This document shows, piece after piece, positions 63,470 to 64,000 of a stretch of DNA of 64,000 nt. The stretch is from Octopus sinensis. Its lineage: Eukaryota. The translations under genes were made by a program, and so were the position numbers. The notes below the pieces were generated by a model that saw only the letters and a program-made list of their open reading frames with translations, had not been told where the DNA came from and searched no databases. The stretch is from contig NC_043026.1 in assembly GCF_006345805.1 (NCBI RefSeq), positions 558,001 through 622,000 on the forward strand, in the 5' to 3' direction. The stretch's first letter is position 1. Every line of letters begins with the position of its first letter.

Positions 63470-63635
63470 GTTAATTGCCATGATAAATCGTTAGCCACTA
63501 CACACATTTTTTTCTCTCCTTGTTTTTTCTGTGTCCCTTACTGTAGAAGAGCGTAGGCTCGAAACGTAAAAGACTTTTTCTATTCATGAGCGTTTCTTTT
63601 GTACACCACCTGTCTTAGGCTTTTGTTTGTTTCGT

Positions 63636-63640
<5 letters not shown>
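63470..63640 (+). mobile_element. Penelope-type pLTR fragment with a hammerhead-like fold (CTGTAGA core)
   Basis: CTGTAGA A GAGC-GTAG-GCTC GAAACGT A AAAGAC at 63541-63574. Confidence 0.5.
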
Positions 63641-63693
<53 letters not shown>

Positions 63694-63726
63694 GATAGAT
63701 AGATACACAGACAGACAGGTAGATAC

Positions 63727-63781
<55 letters not shown>

Positions 63782-63819
63782 AATAGATAGATAGATAGAT
63801 AGATAGATAGATGATAGGG

Positions 63820-63869
<50 letters not shown>

Positions 63870-64000
63870 GTTTCTTTATTGGCCACACAGGGCTGCACAC
63901 AGATGGGACAAGTTACAAGGTAGAGCTTTTCTTTTGGGGGATGAAGAGAACAAAAAACAAAAGAAAAAAAAGGGGTGGCGTGGGTTTTCGATCAAGAGGG

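Overview
Repeat-saturated animal genomic DNA, most likely octopus or another coleoid cephalopod. This is inferred from the SINE and RTE families, the very dense (AT)n/(AC)n/(ATAC)n/(TATC)n microsatellites and the style of C2H2 gene. Most ORFs in the supplied track are microsatellite or transposon artefacts. Two host genes are well supported. (1) A + strand gene with 10 C2H2 zinc fingers in one coding exon (ATG 41210, stop 42199), with a probable NRF1/ETS promoter and non-coding first exon near 36.9-37.1 kb. (2) A complete five-coding-exon - strand gene (54229 to 46705, 885 nt, 294 aa) that the ORF track does not show as a gene. It encodes a secreted protein: signal peptide, PAN/apple-like module, then a Trp/Cys-rich domain. 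The last exon and 3' flank of a tandem paralog lie at about 60.3-61.6 kb. The rest is a mosaic of RTE, R4/Dong, Tx1, CR1/L2 and Penelope-like retroelements, Helitrons, mariner/pogo/piggyBac derivatives, MITEs and three tRNA-SINE families. Several hammerhead-ribozyme-like motifs are present. One is a U3-A8 core variant in sense orientation just upstream of the putative poly(A) signal of both paralogs. All alignments and folds were done by eye. Repeat boundaries are approximate to about 10-30 bp; exon boundaries were counted exactly.
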